Source: Candidatus Zixiibacteriota bacterium (GTDB taxonomy: Bacteria; Zixibacteria; MSB-5A5; UBA10806). Taken from it: DNA of 64,000 nt. The number at the start of each line of letters is the position of its first letter. Positions within the stretch are counted from its first letter, which is position 1. The stretch is from assembly GCA_020344055.1 (NCBI GenBank), contig CP070813.1:230358-294357 (forward strand), in the 5' to 3' direction. The translations under genes were made by a program, and so were the position numbers. Below are positions 10,452 to 20,810 of the stretch, in pieces. The notes under the pieces are model-generated. The model did not search any database. It worked only from the letters and a program-made list of their open reading frames with translations, and was not told where the DNA came from.

Positions 10452-10523
10452 GTTGCCAAGCAGGCGCTTGGCAACCAAAGAAATAATCCCAAAATCCTGG
10501 TAACCAAGCGCTGCTTGGTTACC
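10452..10523. terminator. Two adjacent perfect palindromic hairpins between convergent glnS and the TonB receptor gene
   Basis: GTTGCCAAGCAGGCGCTTGGCAAC (10452..10475) and GGTAACCAAGCGCTGCTTGGTTACC (10499..10523); the second is an inverted variant of the first with compensatory stem changes. Confidence 0.6.
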
Positions 10524-10540
10524 AATAAAAAGTAATCACC

Positions 10541-12988
10541 CTAAAAATTAATATCATATGAAATACCGAACGACGGCATCCAGCCGAACCAGTTTTCTGA
10601 CTCTTTACTGAAATTAATACGACCGTCCCGCAAACGCAGGTAATAATTATATTTTCTTACATTTTTTTGATTATAGATATTTAGTATTTCGATAAAGGCC
10701 GTGATTCTTCCTTTCTTCAAGGGGAAATAGCGATTGATTCTCAAATCCAATCTATGATAGGGGCTGAATCGGGAACCCCATTGTTCGTCTGCCTGAAGCC
10801 AGTAAACAGTTCCCTGCGGAGTAGACTCGGATGCAAGAACGACACCGGTATACGGCCATCCCGAATGACACTGGAACGCGGTGCTCAACTGCCATCTGTT
10901 AGTGGGGCGATAATGCATATCCAGATAAAACGTGTGTCGCTGATCCTGGGGAGTGGGTATCGTTACATTGTAATATGCGGAGACATCTTCCGATGGGAAG
11001 TAAATGTGATCGACGTTCTCCTCGACCTTGGCGTAGGCATAACTCGACCACCAGGAAAATTTGCCCCCGGTATCTTTTTTAAGATAAAATTCAATTCCCC
11101 GGGAGCTGCGGTCTTTGAGGAAAATTATCGTACGATCGTTTTCCAGCTCGGGAAACATCTCTATGTCATCAAAAGAGTTACGGTAGGCCGGCCTCAGATT
11201 GGTGTACAGTTTGTCATATGCCTCGACCCGGAAACGGATACCGCTATCGAATTCGTGCTCGATTCCCGCCACCCTCAGCTCCGCTCTCTGCGACGGGTAA
11301 AAATCGAACTCCCCGTCACCCACCATAATCTCGTGTATTCCCTCGGACTGGTAATAATAACCCCAGCCGGCGCAAAGAGCGGTTTTTTCTCCAAGATTGT
11401 AAGCCAGGTTGATACGCGGCGAAAAATCGTCATCTCCCGAATAGGAGATATGGTCATACCGTAATCCTATTTCCGCCACCAGTGGCTCGGCGACGCGGAA
11501 ACGGCCAGCCAGGTAGCTGCCGAACCGGACGCCGGCTTCTTCAAGCGGTCTATAGACAGAGTCAATTCCCGTAAACTGAATATAAGAGCTGTCGGGAGTA
11601 CTGATGTAATCGTAAAGATAATCCCGGTTTAAATAATCATATGTCGCGTTTCTGCTCTGGATCTCGGATCCGAACTTCAGAACCAGAAGATCGGATTGCT
11701 CGTATTCCCAGTCGGTCTTCAATCCAACAAATCGAAAATCCTCGTTATCACGAGCGGTAAAGTCATCCAATAACTCGCCGAAAACTCCTACAGCACGCCC
11801 ATACCGATTGTGCTCGACTTTTCCTACCGAAACTACCGTCTGGGCTAATAGCCGCGGATGGAATTCCGACCACATTGTCATCCAGGCATAGGAGTTGCCG
11901 TAATCGGTAATAAGCGTATCTCCAATATCATCTTCGTCCCCTATTACCTTCATATCATCGTGGGCATGCAGGATGTCGACGGATAAGGAGTGTTTCTTGC
12001 CAAGTTGATATTGAACCTTTCCGAAAAAATCGTAATATGTCGGTTTAATATTATCGTCCGCACCTGCCAGTTTTAGCACATAATCGATATATCCCCTGCG
12101 GGCGGAAAACAGCCAAGACCCGCGGTTATTGTCGAATTTGCCCTCGGCGAAAGCATGGGTGTTGATAAGGCTTATCCCGACGGAAAACCGGTTCTGGTCG
12201 GGGGGCACCTGGCGGGATTTGATCTCAAACGCTCCCGACATCTTGTCGCCATACCGGGCCGGGAATCCTCCCGTCATGAGGTCTATGCTTTCTACGGCGG
12301 CCACGTCTATTACGCTTATGGCCCCGCCGTCTATGTCCTTGAGATGAAACGGCTCGTAAATCTGAAGGCCGTCCAGCATCACCAGTACCTCTTCATATTC
12401 CCCGCCGCGGACCGTGAACCTGGTGGAGAAATCGGTGCTGGACGTTCCCGGCAGGCGGGAGACCGCCCGGAAGAAATCGTTGGCCAGCTGCGGCATGGTG
12501 CGGATCTGCTGTTGTGTCAAGGTCTGTTTGGCGACCGCCTCCTCCCCCATAATGCTGAAACGACCCGGCGTCACTGTAATCGATTTCAGCGGAATGGCCT
12601 TGGGGATCATATTGATCGAAAGTTCTTTCGATGGATTTCCATCGACAATTACACTGTCCAGCCTTAATGTCTCGTAGCCGATGCTGCTGACCTGCAGGGA
12701 GTATCTTCCATCGGAAAGATTTTTCAGGGTAAACCTGCCGTCTACCCCGGATGATGTTCCTGCAAAACCGTTCAGCATCATTACGGTGACACCGGGTATC
12801 GGCTCGTTATTATCGGCGTCATAAATCACCCCCGTTATAAGGCCGGATCCGGGATCGGCCCATGAAATTGCCGGGACATATAATATTAATAGAAAAATAA
12901 TAATAGGCTTGAACTGATAACATTGCCGTCTGGCCGTTGAAGTCGCTTTCAATTTTTTTAGAAGCCCGATCATAATCGATTTCCCCAT
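10541..12988 (-). CDS. TonB-dependent outer-membrane receptor (carboxypeptidase-regulatory-like N-domain + plug + barrel)
   Basis: Signal peptide, N-terminal CarbopepD_reg-like segment (GVIYDADNNEPIPGVTVMMLNG...DGRFTL), 815 aa, C-terminal ...ISYDINF barrel terminus. Confidence 0.75.
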   Translation of the reverse strand: MGKSIMIGLLKKLKATSTARRQCYQFKPIIIFLLILYVPAISWADPGSGLITGVIYDADNNEPIPGVTVMMLNGFAGTSSGVDGRFTLKNLSDGRYSLQVSSIGYETLRLDSVIVDGNPSKELSINMIPKAIPLKSITVTPGRFSIMGEEAVAKQTLTQQQIRTMPQLANDFFRAVSRLPGTSSTDFSTRFTVRGGEYEEVLVMLDGLQIYEPFHLKDIDGGAISVIDVAAVESIDLMTGGFPARYGDKMSGAFEIKSRQVPPDQNRFSVGISLINTHAFAEGKFDNNRGSWLFSARRGYIDYVLKLAGADDNIKPTYYDFFGKVQYQLGKKHSLSVDILHAHDDMKVIGDEDDIGDTLITDYGNSYAWMTMWSEFHPRLLAQTVVSVGKVEHNRYGRAVGVFGELLDDFTARDNEDFRFVGLKTDWEYEQSDLLVLKFGSEIQSRNATYDYLNRDYLYDYISTPDSSYIQFTGIDSVYRPLEEAGVRFGSYLAGRFRVAEPLVAEIGLRYDHISYSGDDDFSPRINLAYNLGEKTALCAGWGYYYQSEGIHEIMVGDGEFDFYPSQRAELRVAGIEHEFDSGIRFRVEAYDKLYTNLRPAYRNSFDDIEMFPELENDRTIIFLKDRSSRGIEFYLKKDTGGKFSWWSSYAYAKVEENVDHIYFPSEDVSAYYNVTIPTPQDQRHTFYLDMHYRPTNRWQLSTAFQCHSGWPYTGVVLASESTPQGTVYWLQADEQWGSRFSPYHRLDLRINRYFPLKKGRITAFIEILNIYNQKNVRKYNYYLRLRDGRINFSKESENWFGWMPSFGISYDINF

Positions 12989-13370
12989 AAAAGGTTGCCT
13001 TCTTGAAATTTCATAAATCGCTTCTCGACTCAGCTCTTAGTAGGCTCATACGAGATCGGGTTTAAAAAGTTGCGGAGTCGTTGCCCGATAATCGTCACTT
13101 ACAGGGGATATCGCGGCGAAAATATCTATAAATACATCTGCCCCATACAACATTCGATTTTAATAAATGCCGGATCTTTTAAAAACCCCACCGCGAATTT
13201 CCCGCCTTGTCATTCCCGAATCGATTGAGAATTCAGAAGGGCACTAAGGCAACCGTTATAGTATTTATTATAGCAACCTCAAACCTGAAATTACGTATCA
13301 CCTACCGGAGCGGATATGTTTATATGCTTATCACCATTAATAATAATCATATCTAAAAAAGGATAAAGCT

Positions 13371-13805
13371 ATGACCAAAGCGGAGGCTATAAAGGCAGCC
13401 CTTGAACTGGCCGATAAGGCCGAGATCGTCATGCTGGGCACCAACGGCGACAACGGCTATCCCAATATCAAGGGGATGATAAAACGTGAGAACGAGGGGC
13501 TTAAAAAGGTTTGGTTCAGCACCAATACCTCATCGAAGAGGGTACCGAAGATTATGAAGGATCCAAAAACCTGCGTCTATTTTGTCGATTTCGAGCAGTG
13601 GAAAGGGCTGATGCTGGTGGGTACCATTGAGGTACTTCAGGACCCGGAATCGAAACAGCGTTTATGGGAGGAAACCGACATACGGTATTACCCCAAAGGC
13701 GTCACCGATCCCGACTACACCGTGATGAGGTTCATGACGGAGTGGTGCAACTATTACCACAAATTATCAAACGTAACATTTAATATTGAGGAAGTTGAGG
13801 AATAG
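13371..13805 (+). CDS. Pyridoxamine 5'-phosphate oxidase-like (FMN-binding split-barrel) family protein
   Basis: 144 aa; pattern EIVMLGTNGDNGYPNIKGM...VYFVDFEQWKGLMLVGTIEVLQD resembles PNPOx-like general-stress-protein-26 family. Confidence 0.5.
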   Translation: MTKAEAIKAALELADKAEIVMLGTNGDNGYPNIKGMIKRENEGLKKVWFSTNTSSKRVPKIMKDPKTCVYFVDFEQWKGLMLVGTIEVLQDPESKQRLWEETDIRYYPKGVTDPDYTVMRFMTEWCNYYHKLSNVTFNIEEVEE

Positions 13806-13807
13806 GA

Positions 13808-14824
13808 ATGGATAATAATCAGACCCGCAGGCAATTTATCAAGAAATGCTCGCAGGCGACCGCCTCTATCATGCTATTTGGCGCCTGCGCCAGGGGCGAC
13901 GAACCATCGGTCACCGAACCCGAAGTAATAATCAAAAATCCGCGCCAGCCTCTCCCCAATCCCTACGTAACCGGTGACGGCAAACCTATTCTGATATGCG
14001 TCGAGGGTAACGATTTTAATCAGATGCTGAATGCCGGCCTGGACGCCATGGGCGGCCTCAACCGGCTGGTAAACGACAACCAGGATGTTCTCATAAAACC
14101 CAATTGTAATTATGCTGATCCCTATCCCGGCGCGTCCAGTCCTGCTTCCGCGGCGGCGATAATTTCCGCCGTCAAACAGGTATCCACCGGCACCGTATCC
14201 GTAGGCGACCAGGGCTGGATGCCTTCGGACCAGGTCTACGGCTCTATCGGCCTCGATATGGCGGTCGAAGCGGCTGAGGGTGTTTTACTGACATTCACTG
14301 ATGACAATACATATCCTGTAAAAAACGACGACTGGACTGATATCGAAGGCAACATGGTAGTGTATGCGGAAGCCTATGACGCTCCGATTATCTTAAGTTT
14401 ATGCAGTTTAAAACGCCATCATACCGCCAGAATGACCTGCTCTTTGAAAAACAATGTGGGCGTGTTCAGGGGACCGGGAATGGTGTGGTCGCGATATTAT
14501 CTTCACAGCCAATCCCAGGACGGGTTTTTGACAACGGTGGCGGAGTTCGCCGGACTGATCAACCCGGAGCTGAACATAGTCGACGCCCGCACAATCCTTA
14601 CCCGCAACGGGCCGCTTTACGAGCAGGGAACGCCGGTATCAGCAAATAAACTTATAATCTGCGGCGACATGGCAGCGACCGACGCCTACTGCGCCGGGAT
14701 CATGGAGCAGCATGATCCCACCTTTTCACCCTCCATGATAGATCTCACCCTGGAAAGAGCGGAGCTGCGGGGACTGGGGACGGCCGATCTGGGTAATGTG
14801 GAGATAATCGAGATTTCAATTTGA
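13808..14824 (+). CDS. Tat-signal DUF362-like protein
   Basis: Twin-arginine motif TRRQFIKK plus hydrophobic stretch at the N-terminus; DVLIKPNCNYADPYPGASS resembles the DUF362 core. Confidence 0.45.
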   Translation: MDNNQTRRQFIKKCSQATASIMLFGACARGDEPSVTEPEVIIKNPRQPLPNPYVTGDGKPILICVEGNDFNQMLNAGLDAMGGLNRLVNDNQDVLIKPNCNYADPYPGASSPASAAAIISAVKQVSTGTVSVGDQGWMPSDQVYGSIGLDMAVEAAEGVLLTFTDDNTYPVKNDDWTDIEGNMVVYAEAYDAPIILSLCSLKRHHTARMTCSLKNNVGVFRGPGMVWSRYYLHSQSQDGFLTTVAEFAGLINPELNIVDARTILTRNGPLYEQGTPVSANKLIICGDMAATDAYCAGIMEQHDPTFSPSMIDLTLERAELRGLGTADLGNVEIIEISI

Positions 14825-14934
14825 TGTTTTAGCGTCGATATAAGGTTTGACTGCGCTAAAGAGCGTGGCGTAAATTATAAATAGCCGAACGTTTATAATT
14901 CGAACAAATTACGTAACGATACCGGGGAGGAAGT

Positions 14935-15708
14935 ATGAGATTCTTAACCATTGTTACGATCGGGGCCATGATAATCTCTTCTTCGATTGTATGCGCCCAA
15001 CAGAAAGGCGATAGAATGAAAGTCGATAAAGATATGGTTTTAATCCCTGCCGGGGAGTTCATGATGGGCGGCGACACCGAGGACGACCACATGCCGATGC
15101 ATAAAGTTTACGTCGATTCGTTCTATATGGATAAATACGAGGTTACCAACGCCCGGTATCAGAAATACTGCGAGGAAACCGGCGCCGAATATCCCGAGTA
15201 CTGGGGCATGGAGGAGTTCCATTGCGGCCCCGATTTCCCGGATCACCCGGTTGTGGGAGTCAGCTGGCGGGAGGCCAGCGATTACGCCGAATGGGCCGGT
15301 AAACGCCTCCCTACCGAGGCCGAATGGGAATACGCAGCCCGGGGAGGAATGACAGATTACATTTACTCCTATGGTATCGAGTCAGATACAACGAAAGCCA
15401 ACTACAATGTAAAAGGGATAAAGAGAAAAGGAAGCATGCCGGTGGGAAGCTACCCTCCCAACGGTTTCGGCCTTCATGATATGACCGGCAACGTGGTGGA
15501 GTGGGTCACGGATTATTATGATAAAGATTATTACAAAGACAGCCCCGAGAAAAATCCCACCGGCCCCGAGGACGGCAAATTCATGGTAATTCGTGGGGGC
15601 GGCTGGCATTCGGGGGCTTACTGCACCCGGGTCTATTTCCGTAACGCTTTGCGTAGTGGATGGCGGGATATCGCCGTCGGTTTTCGCTGCGTTAGAGATA
15701 TCGAATAA
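14935..15708 (+). CDS. Secreted formylglycine-generating-enzyme (SUMF1/FGE-sulfatase) family protein
   Basis: Signal peptide followed by the FGE-sulfatase domain (VLIPAGEFMMGG...YEVTNARY...HPVVGVSWREASDYAEWAGKRLPTEAEWEYAARGG...RGGGWHS...GFRCV). Confidence 0.7.
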   Translation: MRFLTIVTIGAMIISSSIVCAQQKGDRMKVDKDMVLIPAGEFMMGGDTEDDHMPMHKVYVDSFYMDKYEVTNARYQKYCEETGAEYPEYWGMEEFHCGPDFPDHPVVGVSWREASDYAEWAGKRLPTEAEWEYAARGGMTDYIYSYGIESDTTKANYNVKGIKRKGSMPVGSYPPNGFGLHDMTGNVVEWVTDYYDKDYYKDSPEKNPTGPEDGKFMVIRGGGWHSGAYCTRVYFRNALRSGWRDIAVGFRCVRDIE

Positions 15709-15723
15709 CTCTCACTTCCTCGC

Positions 15724-16773
15724 CTATCCCTGGTGAAGCTGCCAGGGCTTAATATTCTCATCGCTGATCTCGGTAGCGTTTTCCTCAATCATCTTCTTGG
15801 CTCGTCTTTCTCCCATCAGCCAGTATTTCCACATGGTCGCCGGCTCAAATTGAAGAGATGTCGCGAGATGGTCTTTGGGATATATAATGTGCAATATTGG
15901 CAGACTGAGACCAAACAGAAAATCTTTAACCTCGGGTTTATTCAGAAGCTGCGGGGCTTCTTTTTTCATGAGCTTAATTATCTTGGACCAATGGAAATAA
16001 GTCCAGGCGCGGTAATAATCACCTCTGACAACCTCGTCGGAAAAAGCGCCCACGGTCCACGCCAGGGCTTTCAGAAATGAAACATCCTCCGCCGCGGTAT
16101 TTCCCCCCCACTCGGTTATCTGGAACTCAAGAGGATGAGTCGAAACCGCCCAGATCTCCTCCGCCCCCAGAGATACCGCCTTTTCAATAGGCAGAAATTC
16201 CTTCACCCCTCCATCATAGAATAGATCCTTACAGTTTGGATGGTTTTCCTCTTTCTCGAAAATCTGTACCGGCTTGGTAAAAAACGGCTCGCTGCAGGAT
16301 GAGACAATTGCGCTTATAAAAGTATCCTCATCAATATCGCCGTTTTTTACCTGGTTGCTTGAAACAAATTGAATCTTTCCCGTCCGGACGTTGGCCACGC
16401 TGACCAGCATCTCCTTGCCGGAGTCAAGTAGCTGGTCGAGTTTTTCCTCGCCGTAATAATAATCCTCCAGAATTTTCCGCAACGGATCCAGCCGGGCGTC
16501 GATGGGACCGCTGATAAAATCAACAAAATGCGATATGGCAGTGGCGATTTTGCCGATAAGGGAGTTCTGAAATATATCTTTATCATTCACGCTGACGTAA
16601 ACGTCACGGCAGTAGGCATGATCGCCCAGAAGAGCGGGCCCCGCCACCAGGGATCCGGTAGACGTTCCCACGGCAACGTCAAACTCCATCTTTTTCTTTC
16701 TTATCAAATATCTCACTACACCGGCAGTGAAAGCTCCCTTGGAAGCCCCGCCCGATAGCACCAATGCTTTCAT
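15724..16773 (-). CDS. Patatin-like phospholipase
   Basis: MKALVLSGGASKGAFTAGVVRYL glycine-rich oxyanion motif and GTSTGS (GxSxG) nucleophile elbow. Confidence 0.75.
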   Translation of the reverse strand: MKALVLSGGASKGAFTAGVVRYLIRKKKMEFDVAVGTSTGSLVAGPALLGDHAYCRDVYVSVNDKDIFQNSLIGKIATAISHFVDFISGPIDARLDPLRKILEDYYYGEEKLDQLLDSGKEMLVSVANVRTGKIQFVSSNQVKNGDIDEDTFISAIVSSCSEPFFTKPVQIFEKEENHPNCKDLFYDGGVKEFLPIEKAVSLGAEEIWAVSTHPLEFQITEWGGNTAAEDVSFLKALAWTVGAFSDEVVRGDYYRAWTYFHWSKIIKLMKKEAPQLLNKPEVKDFLFGLSLPILHIIYPKDHLATSLQFEPATMWKYWLMGERRAKKMIEENATEISDENIKPWQLHQG

Positions 16774-16776
16774 CGG

Positions 16777-17250
16777 TTATCTTCCTTTCTTTATATTTTC
16801 CTTGGTTCTTTCCACGGCGTCCTGGAAGCCACAAAGGATCAGTTGAGCCTTTTTAAGATCTGTAAAAACAATTTCTCTTTCCGCCAGAGATTCCTCGGCG
16901 GCGCCATGTTCGTCCTCATAGTAAGTAACCATACCGGCCAGATCGGAATCGGCCCGGATCATCGCCTCAATGCACTCGGCGTCCTTGCAGGTATCCGCTT
17001 CCTGGTAGAAATCCTCAAGTTGCTCCAGTGTTTCATTCAAGGCACTGTCGGATTGCTCTTCGGCATCCAACAGGAAATTGCCCGCGACACCGCTGTGATC
17101 AAGACAGTAGGTCATCTCGGCCGAATTACGATCATACTCCAGACAACAGAATTCCGGCGGATTACATACGCAGACAAGAACTAAAGCGATTGCAATGAAT
17201 GACAGCAACGATAAAATCCGCTGTTGACTCCCTATTCTCGGCTTTTTCAT
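16777..17250 (-). CDS. Hypothetical secreted acidic Cys-containing protein (operon with patatin)
   Basis: Signal-anchor-like N-terminus, 157 aa, 4-nt gap to the downstream patatin gene; no recognisable domain. Confidence 0.35.
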   Translation of the reverse strand: MKKPRIGSQQRILSLLSFIAIALVLVCVCNPPEFCCLEYDRNSAEMTYCLDHSGVAGNFLLDAEEQSDSALNETLEQLEDFYQEADTCKDAECIEAMIRADSDLAGMVTYYEDEHGAAEESLAEREIVFTDLKKAQLILCGFQDAVERTKENIKKGR

Positions 17251-17565
17251 TAAAGCACCCTCCGCATTTACAGGTTATCTAAATGAACCATTTATGATTA
17301 AAAGATCTTTATTTTCGTTAGTATAATCCTTTGCCGATAACCGGTCAATACAAAATTAATACTTATCAAATATTGAAGCCTGTACACGCAGTAGGGTTGG
17401 CATAAACCGGAATCCAGCTAAAATGCGGGATAGATATAAGCGCCCCCAAAATATCGCATGTTGAATTGAAAAAAACCTTGCGTTTCTGCAACTTTCGAAA
17501 TAAATTATCGTAAATTAGTTTGTATTGCAAACCGATATGTAATACAGACGAAAAGGATTGGAAAG

Positions 17566-18216
17566 ATGAAAGAAAATTTGAATCTCAAAGAATTGGAGCG
17601 AAAAGCTTACCGCGCCACCTTCCAGGACGGCTTTCTGGATATCACTTTGGGGCTGTTTTTAATCGGATCGGCCATCGCCGGATTGTTTCAGGACAATAAG
17701 CCGGTCAGGCTGATAATCACCGTAATTATTATCCTGGTGCCTTTGGCGATATTCCTTTTGGGAAAGAAGAAAATTACCGTCCCGCGGATAGGCATGGTAA
17801 AATTCGGCGCCGAACGTAAAGCCAGAAAAAAGAAGGTGGCTGCCATAATACTGATGGCGGTGATAATTTCCTCATTGCTGGCTCTGATGGCAATGACTCA
17901 TAGCATGCCCATTTTCCTGGCGGAACTTCTCAAAGGTTTCGGCAGCGCGGTGGGGTTCGGCCTGCTGGCTTTTACCATGTTCATTTTCGGCGGTTACTAT
18001 AACGATATCCCCCGGCTGTATCTTTATGGATTGCTGTTTGGTGCCAGCCTTTTCCTGTCGGAATGTTATTATAACAAAGTCGGGATTGAAGTTCACAGCT
18101 CCGTATGGTTTGGGGCTTCCGGTCTGATAATGCTTTCAATCGGCATAAGCCTGCTGATAAGATTTATACGGCTATATCCCGTTCCATCTGAGGAGAGGAC
18201 AGTTGAAGGAGAATAA
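17566..18216 (+). CDS. Hypothetical polytopic membrane protein
   Basis: 216 aa with about 6 hydrophobic helices; overlaps the downstream wHTH regulator gene by 14 nt. Confidence 0.45.
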   Translation: MKENLNLKELERKAYRATFQDGFLDITLGLFLIGSAIAGLFQDNKPVRLIITVIIILVPLAIFLLGKKKITVPRIGMVKFGAERKARKKKVAAIILMAVIISSLLALMAMTHSMPIFLAELLKGFGSAVGFGLLAFTMFIFGGYYNDIPRLYLYGLLFGASLFLSECYYNKVGIEVHSSVWFGASGLIMLSIGISLLIRFIRLYPVPSEERTVEGE

Positions 18217-18529
18217 AGACGGCGAAAAAATAAGATCGTTATCGGAAATCGACCGGGTCATTCACGAGCCGGCGCGGCTTCTGATAATGGCTTATCTATT
18301 CGTAGTCGAATCGGCTGATTTCCTTTTCCTCGAGAGGCAGACCGGCCTCACCCGCGGCAACCTGTCATCCCACCTGAGCAAACTTGAGGATGCCGGTTAC
18401 GTGGAGATAAAAAAGGAGTTTGTCGATAAAATCCCCCGCACTCTTCTCAGTCTCACCGTCTCCGGCCGCGAAGCCTTCAAGGCTTATCGAGATAATATGA
18501 AACATGTGCTGGATGAGTTGCCGGGGTGA
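18203..18529 (+). CDS. Winged-helix transcriptional regulator
   Basis: 108 aa; LTRGNLSSHLSKLEDAGYVEIKKEF is a typical wHTH recognition-helix and wing pattern. Confidence 0.5.
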   Translation: MKENKDGEKIRSLSEIDRVIHEPARLLIMAYLFVVESADFLFLERQTGLTRGNLSSHLSKLEDAGYVEIKKEFVDKIPRTLLSLTVSGREAFKAYRDNMKHVLDELPG

Positions 18530-18661
18530 AATAAGCATAGTCATTCCTTCAAAGATATATCACCCTGATGTGCAATAATATCAGTACGATTATATCCTTG
18601 ACAATAAAGTCCTCTATTTTATATTGATAACCGAGCAGAATTTATTATCTCTGGGGGCGTA

Positions 18662-20752
18662 ATGAAACGATTTTTTGTCCTTCATTTATTAATTTACTTG
18701 CTTACATTTTCTTCAAATGCTCAAAATATTGAATATGTTAATTCTATCCTGTGGGCGAACGCATTTGATGTCAAAACTGTGAATAACTATGCTTATTGCG
18801 TATATACAAATGGCCTTGTGATTTTCGACATATCCAATCCAGCGCAACCCGAATACTTATCAAATCTCTTTCTACAAGGTGAAGGTGGCAAAATTGAAAT
18901 TTCAGGAAATTATGCATACCTTGCTGACGGTACAAATGGCCTTCAAATTATGGATATAGCTAATCCGGCATCCCCGATTTTGACCGGGAATTACAGTAAT
19001 TCAAGCGATGTCATCGACGTATGCGTTGCAGGATCCTATGCATATATTGCCTGCAGCGATTCGGGACTCCAAATCATAGATATATCCGATCCGGCCAATC
19101 CTCTATGTGTTGGGCAATATACTCTCGGGAATGTAATGGGGCTGCATGTTTCCGGAAATTATGCCTTTATTCCCGTACATGGACTTCTTCTTTACATTAT
19201 AAATATATCCAATCCCTTTAATCCAACATATACAGGCACGTTTTTTACACCAAGCAGACCCCGAGATGTATATGTCGTGGGAGATTACGCCTATTTGGCA
19301 ACAGGCACGTCGGAGTACGGTTCCGGCGGTTTGAAGATCATTAACGTATCCAGTCCGACAAATCCCACTCTGGTAGGAAGTTACGATATGATTTACACAT
19401 ACAGTATTTATGTTTCAGGCGATTATGCATATATTAATGATGGTTCCCTTAAAATAATCGACGTTTCAAATCCGTCTATGCCGACGTTAACTGGTTCATA
19501 TTATACGCCATATTCAGTAAACAATGTTTACGAATCCAACGGTCTTGCTTTTGTTGCCGCTGGGACCTTTGAAATCGTCGACGTATCTGATCCGTATAAT
19601 CCAACGCATTACGGAAGCTACGATTCCCTTGGTGGCGCAAACGATGTTTATGTAGTTGACGAATACACTTATGTGGTAGGCCGATTTTTACAAATTTTAA
19701 ATATGTTCAATCTCGGCAATCCTATATTCTTGGGAAATTACATTACGCAAAATTACGTGCGGGTCGTGACTATTGCAGGGTCATACGCTTACATATTCGA
19801 GCAATATGCTGGAATGCTAATTCTAGATATTTCCGATCCTATGAATCCGGTTGTTGTGGGAAGTTATCCCCTATATGCTCACGACATAGAAATATCGGGC
19901 GAATATGCATATATCGGGGGCGGGCCGAATGGGCTCTTGATTATTGATGTTTCCGATCCTACAACTCCCAATTTGGCGGGAAGTTACTCCTCCCACTATA
20001 TTTACGGCGTTTTTGTTTCCGGAGGTTATGTTTACGCCACTTCCGGATTTAATGGACTTTTAATAATAGACGTGTCTGATCCCATAAATCCATTTCTAAC
20101 CGGAAACTATAATACTTCACATGTTGCATTAGATGTATATGTTAAGGACGAATATGCTTACGTGGCCGATAGAAATTCAGGTCTTCAGATTATTGATGTA
20201 TCCGACCCGTTAAACCCGATTTTTGCGGCAAATTACGACACACCCGGACAAGCTTACGATGTTTTTGTATCGGACCATCATGCTTATGTCGCAGATGGAT
20301 ATCAGGGCCTTCAGATAATAAATATCACAAATCCTTCTATACCCCTATTTGTTGGGGGTTACGATACGCCGGGAAAGTCTGAGAATATTCATGTAAGCGG
20401 CAATTATATCTATTTAGCTGATCTATATTCCCTAATAATACTTCATTTTGACTCTCAAACATATATAAAAGAAGTTAATGACTTACCTTATCAATACTCC
20501 TTTAAACAAAATTATCCCAATCCCTTCAACAATTCTACGATCATTGATTATAAACTCAGGCAATCCGAAATGGTGACTATTGACATTTATGATCTTTTGG
20601 GAAGAAAAATCGAGTCACTCGTTAATAAAATTCAACAGCCGGGCGAATATTCCATTACCTGGGAAGCCCGCGAATTATCCTCAGGACTATATTTCTACAC
20701 TATAAAAGCCGGTGAATTTGCCGAAACCAAGAAGATGATGCTTTTAAAATAG
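18662..20752 (+). CDS. LVIVD-repeat beta-propeller protein with T9SS C-terminal sorting domain
   Basis: More than 10 repeats of the G.Y..xxxGLQIIDVSDPxNP LVIVD motif; signal peptide; C-terminus NYPNPFNNST...KKMMLLK. Gene is markedly AT-rich relative to its neighbours. Confidence 0.8.
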   Translation: MKRFFVLHLLIYLLTFSSNAQNIEYVNSILWANAFDVKTVNNYAYCVYTNGLVIFDISNPAQPEYLSNLFLQGEGGKIEISGNYAYLADGTNGLQIMDIANPASPILTGNYSNSSDVIDVCVAGSYAYIACSDSGLQIIDISDPANPLCVGQYTLGNVMGLHVSGNYAFIPVHGLLLYIINISNPFNPTYTGTFFTPSRPRDVYVVGDYAYLATGTSEYGSGGLKIINVSSPTNPTLVGSYDMIYTYSIYVSGDYAYINDGSLKIIDVSNPSMPTLTGSYYTPYSVNNVYESNGLAFVAAGTFEIVDVSDPYNPTHYGSYDSLGGANDVYVVDEYTYVVGRFLQILNMFNLGNPIFLGNYITQNYVRVVTIAGSYAYIFEQYAGMLILDISDPMNPVVVGSYPLYAHDIEISGEYAYIGGGPNGLLIIDVSDPTTPNLAGSYSSHYIYGVFVSGGYVYATSGFNGLLIIDVSDPINPFLTGNYNTSHVALDVYVKDEYAYVADRNSGLQIIDVSDPLNPIFAANYDTPGQAYDVFVSDHHAYVADGYQGLQIINITNPSIPLFVGGYDTPGKSENIHVSGNYIYLADLYSLIILHFDSQTYIKEVNDLPYQYSFKQNYPNPFNNSTIIDYKLRQSEMVTIDIYDLLGRKIESLVNKIQQPGEYSITWEARELSSGLYFYTIKAGEFAETKKMMLLK

Positions 20753-20810
20753 TAATTTAAATCAATTGAACTTTATACGAAATACATGTAATTCCGGCGG
20801 TTCCAAGTAT

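Noticed and set aside
10754-11464. 236-aa plus-strand ORF inside the TonB receptor gene
   Set aside because: Antisense to a receptor with clear domain structure; no motifs.
14935-15708. FGE-sulfatase-family protein as an EgtB-like sulfoxide synthase
   Set aside because: Only 257 aa with a secretion signal and no DinB_2 N-terminal domain; EgtB/OvoA are larger cytoplasmic enzymes, and the MES route does not need EgtB.
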